DNA of 25,721 nucleotides from Promethearchaeia archaeon (lineage in GTDB: Archaea; Asgardarchaeota; Lokiarchaeia; Sigyniarchaeales; SOKP01), in contig JAHQWG010000036.1 in NCBI GenBank assembly GCA_029856045.1, forward strand, positions 1 to 25,721. Reading direction: 5' to 3'. The notes under the pieces were generated by a model that saw nothing but the letters and a program-made list of their open reading frames with translations, had not been told where the DNA came from and did not search any database. This document shows, piece after piece, positions 16,946 through 25,721 of this stretch. Made by a program: the position numbers and the translations under genes. Every line of letters starts with the position of its first letter. Within the stretch, counting starts at the first letter, position 1.

Positions 16946-17767
16946 ATGGTTAAAGAAATAAATGTTGTTGCAGTAATAGGAGCTGGATTTATGGGCGATC
17001 AGATTATACGAAAAACAGCATTAAAAGATTATACTGTACGTTTTTATGATGTGAATCCTAAAGGATGTGAAAAATTAGCAAATTCATTAACAAGAAAGAA
17101 AAAACGTAATGAAATACAAGGAGAGGTTACTTTTCACGAAAAGCTTAGTGAAGCTGTAGCAGACGCAGATCTTATCATTGAAGCAGTACCTGAAAAGTTA
17201 GAATTAAAAAGGGATATATTCTCACAAACTGATAAAAGATCTCCACCTAATGCAATAATTGCTACTAATAGCTCATCGATTGCAGTTTCTAGGATTGAGA
17301 ATGCTGTTGAAAGAAAGAATAAAGTATTAAATATTCACTTTTATAACTTAACTTCAATCCCAATGGCGGATATAATGAAAGGTTCTAAAACAAGCGATGA
17401 TACTTTCGAAAAAGGAAAAAAATGGCTTGAGAGTATAGAAATTACACCTCTTATTGTTAAAAAAGAATGTTTTGGTTTTGTATTTAATAGAGTGTGGAGA
17501 GCCGTAAAAAAAGAATGCTTGGAAATATGGGCAGGTGGATATGCAGATATTGAAGAAGTGGATAAAGCATGGAAAATTTATACTAAAATGGGAGTGGGAC
17601 CTTTTAAAATAATGGATGCTATTGGACTTGATGTTGTTTATGATATAGAAATGTCTTACTATAAAGAAAGCGGAGATCCTAGAGACAAACCACCACAACT
17701 TCTTAAGGAAAAGGTTGAAAAGGGTGAATTAGGATTAAAAACACAAAAAGGGTTTTATTCCTATTGA
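16946..17767 (+). CDS. 3-hydroxyacyl-CoA dehydrogenase
   Basis: GAGFMG, EAVPE, TNSSS, HFYN, GFVFNR, GPFKIMDAIGLD and GLKTQKGFY; GGTGA Shine-Dalgarno upstream. Confidence 0.9.
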   Translation: MVKEINVVAVIGAGFMGDQIIRKTALKDYTVRFYDVNPKGCEKLANSLTRKKKRNEIQGEVTFHEKLSEAVADADLIIEAVPEKLELKRDIFSQTDKRSPPNAIIATNSSSIAVSRIENAVERKNKVLNIHFYNLTSIPMADIMKGSKTSDDTFEKGKKWLESIEITPLIVKKECFGFVFNRVWRAVKKECLEIWAGGYADIEEVDKAWKIYTKMGVGPFKIMDAIGLDVVYDIEMSYYKESGDPRDKPPQLLKEKVEKGELGLKTQKGFYSY

Positions 17768-17776
17768 AAAAAACAT

Positions 17777-17800
17777 TTCTTTTTTTTTTTTACCTTTTAT
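17777..17800 (+). terminator. Oligo-T terminator-like tract
   Basis: Long T run just after the dehydrogenase stop. Confidence 0.45.
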
Positions 17801-17897
17801 TCTATATTTAATTTATGGTAAGAATATATAAGTTCATAAATTAATCTTATAAAAAACTTCAAATAATAAATTTAGAATAAAATATAGTGATACTTTT

Positions 17898-19289
17898 ATG
17901 AGTGATTTAAAAAATCAGCAAGAAGTGGAAATTCAACGATTTGGGAAATTGCAAAAATGGAGTTTTGGAATGGGGAGTTTTGCGCAATTCTTCATTAATA
18001 GCGCTTTCAATACTTGGGTTTTTTCATTTTATTTTACTGCAGTTGGTTTACCAGTTCATTATATCATACTTGCTTATGTTTTATGGACAATTTGGAATGC
18101 AATTAACGATCCATTAATCGGTATAATTTCAGATCGGACAAAGACCAGGTGGGGACGCCGAAAACCATATATCATGCTTGGGACTATCCCAGTTCTTATC
18201 ATTGAGATAATCCTCTGGTTACCACCCACGGGTAATGATATATTTGGGTTTGTATATCTGCTTATTATGCTTTTTTGCTACGATACATTCTATACTATGA
18301 TTGCGCTCCCATACGATTCTCTCTTTCCAGAACTTTACACTTCAATAGAAGAAAGGGCTGAAGTTAATACAATTAAACAAATTCTTGCTACAGTTGGGTT
18401 AATTTTAGCTTTTTTAGTACCCGGATTCTTTATTGGTGAACTTACTGAGATGACCGGTTACCTTATTAATGGAATTGTCACGTCTATTATCGTGGGATTA
18501 TCCCTACTATTCTCAATAAAATGGGGCGTATTAGAACGGGAAGAGTTTAAATTAGACTATAAACATGAGTTCAAATTTTTCCAAGGACTGAAATATACAT
18601 TAAAAAACAAAGGATTTGTTTTGTATACAATAATGTTTTTCTTATATGAATATATTTTGCTAGTTCTTGCCACAGTTGTCCCCCTGTTCGGTGAACATAT
18701 TTTACATGTGGAAAGCACTTTCCAAACGGGAATTTTATTAGGGGTAATGTTCATTGTGGGCATTGGTACAGTCATCATCTGGAGAAAATTGGATGTTAAG
18801 TATGGGAGTAAAAATATATATGCATTTTCAATGATTGTGTATTTTATTACAACGCTTCCATTATTATTCGTGGATACCTATATTAGCGCACTTATTACAG
18901 TGATCTTTATGGGTTTTGGTTTTGGTGGTATGTTATACTTCATATACCTTATTATTGCAGATGTTATTGATGAAGATGAGTTAAAAACCGGTGTGCGACG
19001 TGAAGGAGCCTTCTTTGGAATTACAAATTTTTTCATGCGACTCGCAATGGTTATGTCTATTGTAACAGTAGGACTTGTGTTTTCAACAACAGGATGGGAA
19101 GATTATATTCCAACACCAGGAGTGAATGTAATACTTGGATTACGATTATTGGTTGTTCTCTTCCCCGGTATTGCACTTGGTATCTCACTTTTATGCCTTT
19201 ATTTCTATCCTTTTCCTAAAAAGCGTGTTGAAGAAATTAAGAGTCAATTGATTGAACTACATAAGAAAAAGAAAGAGCATATTCAATAA
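17898..19289 (+). CDS. MFS transporter, GPH/MelB-like (MFS_2) family
   Basis: WNAINDPLIGIISDRTKTRWGRRKPY, EERAEV and ADVIDEDELKTGVRREGAFFG; about 12 TM segments. Confidence 0.9.
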   Translation: MSDLKNQQEVEIQRFGKLQKWSFGMGSFAQFFINSAFNTWVFSFYFTAVGLPVHYIILAYVLWTIWNAINDPLIGIISDRTKTRWGRRKPYIMLGTIPVLIIEIILWLPPTGNDIFGFVYLLIMLFCYDTFYTMIALPYDSLFPELYTSIEERAEVNTIKQILATVGLILAFLVPGFFIGELTEMTGYLINGIVTSIIVGLSLLFSIKWGVLEREEFKLDYKHEFKFFQGLKYTLKNKGFVLYTIMFFLYEYILLVLATVVPLFGEHILHVESTFQTGILLGVMFIVGIGTVIIWRKLDVKYGSKNIYAFSMIVYFITTLPLLFVDTYISALITVIFMGFGFGGMLYFIYLIIADVIDEDELKTGVRREGAFFGITNFFMRLAMVMSIVTVGLVFSTTGWEDYIPTPGVNVILGLRLLVVLFPGIALGISLLCLYFYPFPKKRVEEIKSQLIELHKKKKEHIQ

Positions 19290-19325
19290 ACTTGAGATTA
19301 AAGTAATTCTGTCTATTTTAAAATA

Positions 19326-19360
19326 ATTTTTTTATTCTTTTTTTTATTCTTTTTTATTTT
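19326..19360 (+). terminator. Three tandem T-rich units (T6-8ATTC/T) between convergent genes
   Basis: The sequence reads ttttttattc-ttttttttattc-ttttttatttt downstream of the MFS stop. Confidence 0.4.
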
Positions 19361-19384
19361 CCATTTAAGAGAAAAGTTTTTAGA

Positions 19385-20662
19385 TTATAATTGAGCTAAT
19401 GCTTGAGATAAATCATCGATTAAATCATCTGGATCTTCCAATCCTACCGAGAATCGAAAATGTGTATTTGAGATATTCATAGATTTTCGCTCCCATTTGG
19501 CAAGATCGACACCTGTCATGAATGATGTATATTCAATGAGTGAGGTTGTATCTCCAAGCGATACACCAACCTTTATCAATTTTAAGACTTCTATGAATTT
19601 TTTACTTGCGTCTTCAGATTTCAATTCAAATCCGATCATACCTCCAAAATCAGACATTTGTTTTTTTGCAAGTTTATGATTTGGATGTGATTCTAATCCA
19701 GGATAAGCAACTTTCAACACTTTAGGGTGTTTTTCCAAATATTGAGCAACTTTCATTGCATTTAATGAATGTTGAGCCATTCGGATACTGAGAGTTCTGA
19801 CACCTCGCAGAATCAACCATGCGTTGAAAGGACTTAAAACTTGACCTTGTGTTTCTAGCCAGAAATAACGAATGTTTCTGATATTATTATCAGCCCCAAT
19901 AATCGCACCTCCGAGACAATCACCATGACCATTAATATATTTTGTTAGGCTTTCAACAACCAGATCAGCCCCCAATTCCATAGGTAGTTGAAGCGCAGGA
20001 GATGCCCAAGTATTATCAACAATACATTTACCTCCTACTTCATGTATTAAATTTGCACATTCTTGGATATCTAGGATATCTACTGTTGGATTGGCTGGTG
20101 TTTCGATAAAGATAAGTTTTGTTTGGTTATTAATGGCTTTTTTGACTTCACTTAAATCACACATATTAATAGATTTGGTTTCAATACCCATTTGAGGATA
20201 AATTCTCGTAAATAGTCGATATGAACCTGTATATTGATTTGTATGGATTATCATATTGGGAATCTTATCTGGGTTAGTTTGTGGAAAAAACTTTTTGATT
20301 CTATTTGGACTTAATCGCTCTATACGTTTTTGTAATACGCTTGAGCAAGCAAGATGGACTGCAGCCATTCCAGATGCGACTGAAATTGCTCTTTCTCCTC
20401 CATGAAGTATTGCAAGTTTTTTATCAAGAGCAAATAAGGTAGGATTTTCTGTTCGCGAATAAAAATATCGATTTGCAAGCAATTCGGAGAGAGATGAATA
20501 TGTATAAGATTTCGTTGCATAAATTGGTGTTCGAATGCTATAAGATGTTTCAGGATAAGGATCCTCGCCAGCTCTGATTAATTTTGTATCAAATTTCTGT
20601 TTTTCCCATTTCTCTCGATTTTCTTGATTAATTTGCCTAACATCTTTCTTTTTTTCTGCCAT
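19385..20662 (-). CDS. Cys/Met metabolism PLP enzyme (methionine gamma-lyase / cystathionine gamma-synthase-like)
   Basis: YSRTENPT, SGMAAV, ETPANPT, DNT, SLTKYINGHGD, VSLGD and RFSVGLED. Confidence 0.9.
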   Translation of the reverse strand: MAEKKKDVRQINQENREKWEKQKFDTKLIRAGEDPYPETSYSIRTPIYATKSYTYSSLSELLANRYFYSRTENPTLFALDKKLAILHGGERAISVASGMAAVHLACSSVLQKRIERLSPNRIKKFFPQTNPDKIPNMIIHTNQYTGSYRLFTRIYPQMGIETKSINMCDLSEVKKAINNQTKLIFIETPANPTVDILDIQECANLIHEVGGKCIVDNTWASPALQLPMELGADLVVESLTKYINGHGDCLGGAIIGADNNIRNIRYFWLETQGQVLSPFNAWLILRGVRTLSIRMAQHSLNAMKVAQYLEKHPKVLKVAYPGLESHPNHKLAKKQMSDFGGMIGFELKSEDASKKFIEVLKLIKVGVSLGDTTSLIEYTSFMTGVDLAKWERKSMNISNTHFRFSVGLEDPDDLIDDLSQALAQL

Positions 20663-20838
20663 CCCATATCACAGTAATTTTATTTTATTTTATTTATTGA
20701 TTTTTATTGATTTAATTAATATTATTCTACTAATATCATTACTAATTAATTTGAAACTTTTAAAAAACCTTTTTTACAAATCTTAATAGATAGTAAATTA
20801 AATAAAATTCAGTATTTCTTTAAGAGGAAAGTAGCGTA

Positions 20839-21477
20839 ATGTTTGAAGAAAGTATGAAAAAAGCCATCTTGGAATGGGATGAAGATGGATTAAAAAAAAT
20901 GTGCCAGTCAACAATTGAAAATAAGGAAGTATCTCCTGTTGAAATTATAAAATTAATTGGAAAAATAATGCAATTTGTGGGAGATCGTTTTGAACGAGAA
21001 GAAATTTTCCTTCCCGATTTAGTAGGATCAGCTAATACAGTTAAGGCTGCTATTGATGAAGTTCTTGATCCTGCCATCAAGATTATGGGGGAAGAAAGAA
21101 AAACACGGGGTAAAGTAGTACTTGGAACTGTTGAAAGTGATGTCCACAGTATCGGTAAGGATCTTGTTGGCTCGTTTCTCTTTGCTAGCGGGTTTGATAT
21201 ATATAATTTGGGAGTTGACGTTCCCGCTATAAAATTCATTGAAAAAGCTGAAGAAGTTGGGGCTCAAGTTATCGCATTATCCTCGCTTTTAACTATGTCA
21301 ATGGATTTTCAGCGCCAAGTAATTCAAGAGTTGAAAGAGCGGGGATTAAGGAATAAATATAAGGTTATTGTTGGAGGAAGTCCTACATCAGAAGAATGGG
21401 CAGAAAAAATTGGTGCTGATGGTTGGGCGGATGATGCAATAGAAGCAGTTTCCCTAATAAAGAAATTATTAACTTAG
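20839..21477 (+). CDS. Methyltransferase cognate corrinoid protein (MttC/MtbC-like)
   Basis: Cap domain VGDRFEREEIFLPDL; B12 motif GTVESDVHSIGK (DxHxxG); SSLLT, VGG and IGADGWADDA. Confidence 0.92.
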   Translation: MFEESMKKAILEWDEDGLKKMCQSTIENKEVSPVEIIKLIGKIMQFVGDRFEREEIFLPDLVGSANTVKAAIDEVLDPAIKIMGEERKTRGKVVLGTVESDVHSIGKDLVGSFLFASGFDIYNLGVDVPAIKFIEKAEEVGAQVIALSSLLTMSMDFQRQVIQELKERGLRNKYKVIVGGSPTSEEWAEKIGADGWADDAIEAVSLIKKLLT

Positions 21478-21501
21478 TTAAATTTAATTTAAAAAAATTA
21501 A

Positions 21502-23043
21502 GTGCAAAATTATATTATGAAATTAAATCGAATTAATGTTCTTTCAAAGGATGAACTTCAAACTATCCATTCAGCAACGATGGAATTACTTTCAACTGTG
21601 GGCATCAAGATTGATGCTCAAGACACACGAGATCTCCTTGAAAAACATGGTGCAGAAATCGACCAAAAAACTACATTTGTAAAATTTCCCGAAACACTCG
21701 TTAAAGAACAATTAAAAAAGGTACCCAATTCCTTTAAATTACACGGACCAGATGGTACGTTTAATTTTGAAGTGAACACAATCAGTACTCAGTTTGCCAC
21801 TATAGGAACACCTGTTAAAATCTACGATCCAAATAATAAAAATAATGTTCGCAAATCCTTACTTGAAGATATGATTAAGCAAATTCGAGTTGTAGATAGT
21901 TTGGAACATATTAATAATTCTCATGTAGATGTTTGGCCGAATGATGTTAAGTATACGGCTCTTCATGCCCATGCAATGTATCAATGGGTGAAAAATACAC
22001 GGAAACCTTATGGACTTGGGTGCTATGGGAAAGTAGCAAGCCAAGATATGATTAATATGGCGTCAATTATTGTAGGTGGAGAAAAGGAGTTAATTAATAA
22101 ACCTCGTCTTGTAGGTTTTTTTAACCCTACTAGCCCGCTTCACTTCCCGCAGATTATGACAAATGGTCTTTCCATATTTGCAAAATATAAACAGCCTACA
22201 ATTATCGCTCCTGAAGCACTTGCCGGGAGTTCTGCTCCTGTCACATTGGCTGGATTGATAACTCAAACTAGTGCAGAAACACTTGGAGGTATAATTCTCG
22301 CCCAATTATATAACCCAGGAGCTCCAGTATTTTTTGGAACTGTTTCTTGTATTACAGATATGCGAACTGGTAATTCTGCATTAGGATCAATTGAGACAGC
22401 GCTGATTACTACAGGAGTTGCACAAATAGCAAGATTTTACAACATACCATCTAGAGGTCCAGGATCAATTACAGAATCTAAGTGTTTTGATCTGCAAAAT
22501 GGATTCGAACGTTTACAAACATTGATGTTGGCGGCTCAAGCAGGTATAAATTATATTACATGCGCTGGGACATATGAATCTACATTAGCAGAGGCATTGG
22601 AACTACTAGTTATTGATGATGAATTAGCAGGAGTAGTAAAAAGAGCACTTGATGGAATTACCGTAAATGAGAATACAATTGGATTAGATGTTATTGAAAA
22701 GGTTGCAACAGCTGGAAAACCAGGCGCTAATTTCTTAGGTGAAAAACACACTCGAGAACATATGAAGAATGAACTTTATATACCAAAGTTGATCGATCGT
22801 AATAGAAGAACAACTTGGCGTAAAAAAGGGTCTAAGGATATTATTACAACGGCAAGAGAAAAAGTGGATCATATCCTTCAAAATTTTAAACCACCCGAAA
22901 TTTCAGCTGAAATTGAAGCGCAATTAAAAGAATATATTAAGAATGTGGAAGCACGGTCTTTTGAATACTATAAAAAAGCTGAAGGAATATCAGACAGTAG
23001 CATTTCCATCGCTGGTACTGAAATTAAAGCGGATGAGAAATAA
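21502..23043 (+). CDS. Trimethylamine methyltransferase (MttB) superfamily protein, non-pyrrolysine
   Basis: IHSATMELLSTVGI, NPTSPL, AGSSAPVTLAG, PGAPV, DMRTG, LVIDDEL and NFLGEKHT; no in-frame UAG. The start may be the ATG at 21517. Confidence 0.9.
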   Translation: MQNYIMKLNRINVLSKDELQTIHSATMELLSTVGIKIDAQDTRDLLEKHGAEIDQKTTFVKFPETLVKEQLKKVPNSFKLHGPDGTFNFEVNTISTQFATIGTPVKIYDPNNKNNVRKSLLEDMIKQIRVVDSLEHINNSHVDVWPNDVKYTALHAHAMYQWVKNTRKPYGLGCYGKVASQDMINMASIIVGGEKELINKPRLVGFFNPTSPLHFPQIMTNGLSIFAKYKQPTIIAPEALAGSSAPVTLAGLITQTSAETLGGIILAQLYNPGAPVFFGTVSCITDMRTGNSALGSIETALITTGVAQIARFYNIPSRGPGSITESKCFDLQNGFERLQTLMLAAQAGINYITCAGTYESTLAEALELLVIDDELAGVVKRALDGITVNENTIGLDVIEKVATAGKPGANFLGEKHTREHMKNELYIPKLIDRNRRTTWRKKGSKDIITTAREKVDHILQNFKPPEISAEIEAQLKEYIKNVEARSFEYYKKAEGISDSSISIAGTEIKADEK

Positions 23044-23280
23044 CTCTCTAAGTTCCAGCTATTTAGTGTTCTAATTACTCATGAAACTTATCAATTTGGA
23101 GAATGAAAACTAGATTAAATTAAAATGAACATATTTTAAAAAAATAGGAACTTATTTAACCCTATGCTCAATTCCAAAGAACAGATTTCCCTTATCGTTC
23201 TGGTTTAAATTCTTCTAAAGAAATAAAGAATCTAAATAATTCTTTTCCTTTTTTATTTTATATTAGCTTATTTTAAAATT

Positions 23281-23856
23281 ATGAAGAAGAAAAAAGATTT
23301 AGAATTATATGATTACTCTTTATGTCTTATTCCAGCTCCTGTATACCTCATTTCAACAATGGCTAAAAGTAATATTTTAAATATTGCCCCTTATGGAATG
23401 GTTATGCCTGTTTCTTATAATCCTTTAATTATTTGTGTTGGGTCAGCTAAAAATCGAGATACTTATAGAAATATCTTAGAAACTAATGAGTTTGTCTTAA
23501 ATATACCAAGTATAGAACTTTTGAGAAAAGTTAATAAAACCGCTGATCCAATCCCATCCGAAGAAGATGAATTTATACACGCTAATTTAACCCCTATTAA
23601 ATCTTTGGTTGTTAAACCTCCAAGAATCGAAGAATGTAAGGCTCATTTGGAATGTAAAACAATTTGGATAAAAGAAGTTTCAAATGATGCTGAAAATAGA
23701 GTTATAATTACTGCAAACGTAGTTGCATTATCACTTGACGAAGATATTTTTATAAAAAATCTCTGTAAACAAAAAGGATTACTGAAACCATTATTTTATG
23801 AAGGAAAATCATATTTTACTCTTGGTAGCTATATAGGTAATCGAAAAATGAGATAA
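23281..23856 (+). CDS. Flavin reductase-like FMN-binding protein
   Basis: PAPVYLIST, NIAPY, RDTYRNILETNEFVLNIP and PPRIEECKAHLEC. Confidence 0.88.
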   Translation: MKKKKDLELYDYSLCLIPAPVYLISTMAKSNILNIAPYGMVMPVSYNPLIICVGSAKNRDTYRNILETNEFVLNIPSIELLRKVNKTADPIPSEEDEFIHANLTPIKSLVVKPPRIEECKAHLECKTIWIKEVSNDAENRVIITANVVALSLDEDIFIKNLCKQKGLLKPLFYEGKSYFTLGSYIGNRKMR

Positions 23857-23978
23857 TTTATTAGTTGATATCATAATGATTGCAATAGTAATAGTGAAAA
23901 TGTCAAATTTAAGAAAACTCTTTCCTTCTATTAGTGAATTTAACTATAAAAATAAATGAGGGAAAGAATAGAAGAAAA

Positions 23979-24206
23979 ATGATTATCATTAAATGCGCTA
24001 AATGTAAAAATAAAATTATTAAATACGTGAAATTAGGAAAAGGAAATGTCCATCGTTGTTATAAAAGCCGTATTCAAAAATATTATGTGCCACTAAATAA
24101 TAAAGAATTAAAATGCCCTAATTGTGGAAAAGTAATTGGAACTGATCGAGGATATTATATTAAAATGAACCATCATACATTTACATACTCTGGAACAATT
24201 AATTAA
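23979..24206 (+). CDS. Small Zn-ribbon protein
   Basis: CAKC and CPNC pairs. The ATG at 23979 is preferred over the GTG at 23934. Confidence 0.65.
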   Translation: MIIIKCAKCKNKIIKYVKLGKGNVHRCYKSRIQKYYVPLNNKELKCPNCGKVIGTDRGYYIKMNHHTFTYSGTIN

Positions 24207-24216
24207 TCTTAGAAAA

Positions 24217-24429
24217 CTATTTTAAATTAGAATCCTCGCTCCCATCTGGAAGAATATAATCTGGAGAAATATATCCTTCCTCTTCAAATCTTTTTTTTCG
24301 AACACAATTTTTTCCACCACTCCAACAATAATTTTCAACCCATCTCTTATCAATTAACCCTTTATCATAGGCACGTTTAATTGCGGAACTCTCATCAAAC
24401 CAACGGCATAAATTTTTTTTCACATTCAT
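24217..24429 (-). CDS. Small Cys-containing hypothetical protein
   Basis: 70 aa with a CRW...WVENYC...CVR...PDYILPDG pattern; it fills an otherwise empty gap. Confidence 0.6.
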   Translation of the reverse strand: MNVKKNLCRWFDESSAIKRAYDKGLIDKRWVENYCWSGGKNCVRKKRFEEEGYISPDYILPDGSEDSNLK

Positions 24430-24541
24430 AATTCTATTAGATACTTTTTCAAGCTATTAATTAAATTATATCTTCTTTAAAATAATAACAATTATTAAAA
24501 TCAAAAAAAATTATAAATTCCATTGGAAAAAGTTTTTCAAC

Positions 24542-25282
24542 TTGAAAGAAGATACATATCAACTTGCTACTAAATGGATTTTAGAATCAAAATATGTTGT
24601 TGTCTTTTCTGGAGCAGGTATTTCTGTTGAAAGTGGAATACCTCCATTTAGAGGTGCAAACGGATTATGGAGTAAATATAATCCTATCTTTTTGGAGACC
24701 AGTTATTTTTTGAAAAACCCGTATAAATCTTGGTCCTTAATTAAGGAGATCTTTTATGATTTTTTTGGGCAAGCAAAACCGAATAAAGCTCATTATATAA
24801 TTGGAAAAATGGAGAAAAAAGGATTGATCAAAACAATAATTACGCAAAATATAGACAATTTACATCAAGAAGCAGGAAGTAAAAATGTTTTAGAATTTCA
24901 TGGAACAGCACAAACCTTAACTTGTATTAAATGTAAAAAAACATTTAAAAGTCATAAGTTAATAAAGAAATTACCTCCGCATTGTCCTGATTGTGGTGGT
25001 TTATTAAAGCCAGATTTTGTGTTTTTTGGAGAACCAATTCCTCAAAAAACGCACAGTGATTCAATAATGGCAGCAAAAAATGCAGATCTATTTATTTTAA
25101 TAGGCACTACTGGAGAAATTATGCCTGCATCCTCCATTCCATATGTCGCAAAAGAAAATGGAGCCAAATTTATCGAGATAAATATAGAACCATCTAAATA
25201 TACATATACAATTGTAGATATTTTCTTAAAAGGAAAAGCATCTGATGTTATGTTAAAATTAGGAAATTTTTTGGAATTATAA
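24542..25282 (+). CDS. cobB: Sir2/CobB NAD-dependent protein deacylase
   Basis: GAGISVESGIPPFRG, QNIDNLHQEAG, FHG, CIKC/CPDC Zn site, KPDFVFFGE and EIN. Confidence 0.93.
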   Translation: MKEDTYQLATKWILESKYVVVFSGAGISVESGIPPFRGANGLWSKYNPIFLETSYFLKNPYKSWSLIKEIFYDFFGQAKPNKAHYIIGKMEKKGLIKTIITQNIDNLHQEAGSKNVLEFHGTAQTLTCIKCKKTFKSHKLIKKLPPHCPDCGGLLKPDFVFFGEPIPQKTHSDSIMAAKNADLFILIGTTGEIMPASSIPYVAKENGAKFIEINIEPSKYTYTIVDIFLKGKASDVMLKLGNFLEL

Positions 25283-25306
25283 AAATATTTAAAATTTTTA
25301 TTCATA

Positions 25307-25720
25307 TTAAAAAAAAGGGAGCAATCCAGAAATTCCAAATGCTTCCAAAAGTAATCCCAATCCAATGTATAATAAAATTATTGCAAATATTTTCTGAAGT
25401 TTAGAACCAACTTTAATCAATTTAACAAAAAATCTTTGTTTTATTTTTCCAATTGTAGCGCCTATAATCATATAAGGAATCATAATTCCTAAAGCATAAA
25501 GAAAAAATAAAACAGCTCCTATTGCGATATCTTGGTTTGGCAAAACTATAGCAACTATAGAAATATAAATTGGAGTGATGCATCCAATCCATGACGAACC
25601 CAGTGAAAATCCCAAAATAAAGGATCCACTATATCCTTTATATCTCTTTATATTCATATCCATGGTTGATGCATCTATTTCTTCATTATTTTGATTTATA
25701 TCATTTGATTCAGCTATATC
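25307..25720 (-). CDS. CcdA/DsbD-like transmembrane protein, 5'-truncated by the window edge
   Basis: SFILGFSLGSSWIGCITP and LFFLYALGIMIPY. The frame stays open from the ATG at 25663 to the window end. Confidence 0.78.
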   Translation of the reverse strand, partial: DIAESNDINQNNEEIDASTMDMNIKRYKGYSGSFILGFSLGSSWIGCITPIYISIVAIVLPNQDIAIGAVLFFLYALGIMIPYMIIGATIGKIKQRFFVKLIKVGSKLQKIFAIILLYIGLGLLLEAFGISGLLPFF

Positions 25721-25721
25721 T

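Noticed and set aside
17765-17821. UGA readthrough (selenocysteine) at UGA-ending genes
   Set aside because: The protein is already complete, and the downstream sequence is a low-complexity A/T terminator tract. The same applies to the PUA gene.
19326-19360. T-rich tandem units as a CRISPR or functional repeat
   Set aside because: Low complexity with no spacers; better explained as a terminator tract.
21502-23043. Pyrrolysine-containing trimethylamine methyltransferase or methanogenesis marker
   Set aside because: The ORF is continuous with no in-frame UAG, and there are no pyl or mcr genes in the window.
23044-23280. Possible SECIS, riboswitch or ncRNA after mttB (weak hairpin AGAAC...GTTCT near 23178-23201)
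   Set aside because: The pairing is short, there is no recognisable consensus, and no neighbouring gene has an in-frame UGA.
403-25365. Antisense or overlapping ORFs in the track (e.g. 403-903, 3343-3771, 4779-5030, 5915-6193, 7089-7277, 7535-7732, 8722-9018, 14936-15370, 17354-17698, 20820-21239, 25042-25365)
   Set aside because: They are shadows of well-supported genes on the other strand or frame and have no recognisable motifs.

Overview
AT-rich, gene-dense archaeal chromosome segment, most likely from an Asgard archaeon (Lokiarchaeia-like). The taxonomy is inferred from a eukaryote-type ubiquitin-like gene, a Rag-type small GTPase fused to longin-like and roadblock-like domains, an archaeal sepF/PUA pair and an intron-containing archaeal tRNA. 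Left part: a partial thiolase; tRNA-Leu(UAA) with a 33-nt intron at a non-canonical D-loop site (21/22); two tandem B12-binding radical SAM genes; a wHTH/Zn-ribbon regulator; the ubiquitin-like gene ending GG-I; a PUA (MCT-1/Tma20-like) protein; SepF. Middle part: a long + strand run of 4-hydroxybutyryl-CoA dehydratase, atypical HypB, LbH protein, GNAT, AlkD, longin-Rag-roadblock GTPase, PlsC-like acyltransferase, beta-helix membrane protein, NAD-kinase-like protein, HisC-like aminotransferase, 3-hydroxyacyl-CoA dehydrogenase and a GPH/MFS transporter. Right part: a Met/Cys gamma-lyase-like gene divergent from a corrinoid protein plus non-pyrrolysine MttB-family methyltransferase, then flavin reductase, two small Cys proteins, a sirtuin and a partial CcdA-like gene. 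No mobile element or CRISPR array was seen. All product calls come from motif recognition by eye, not database searches.
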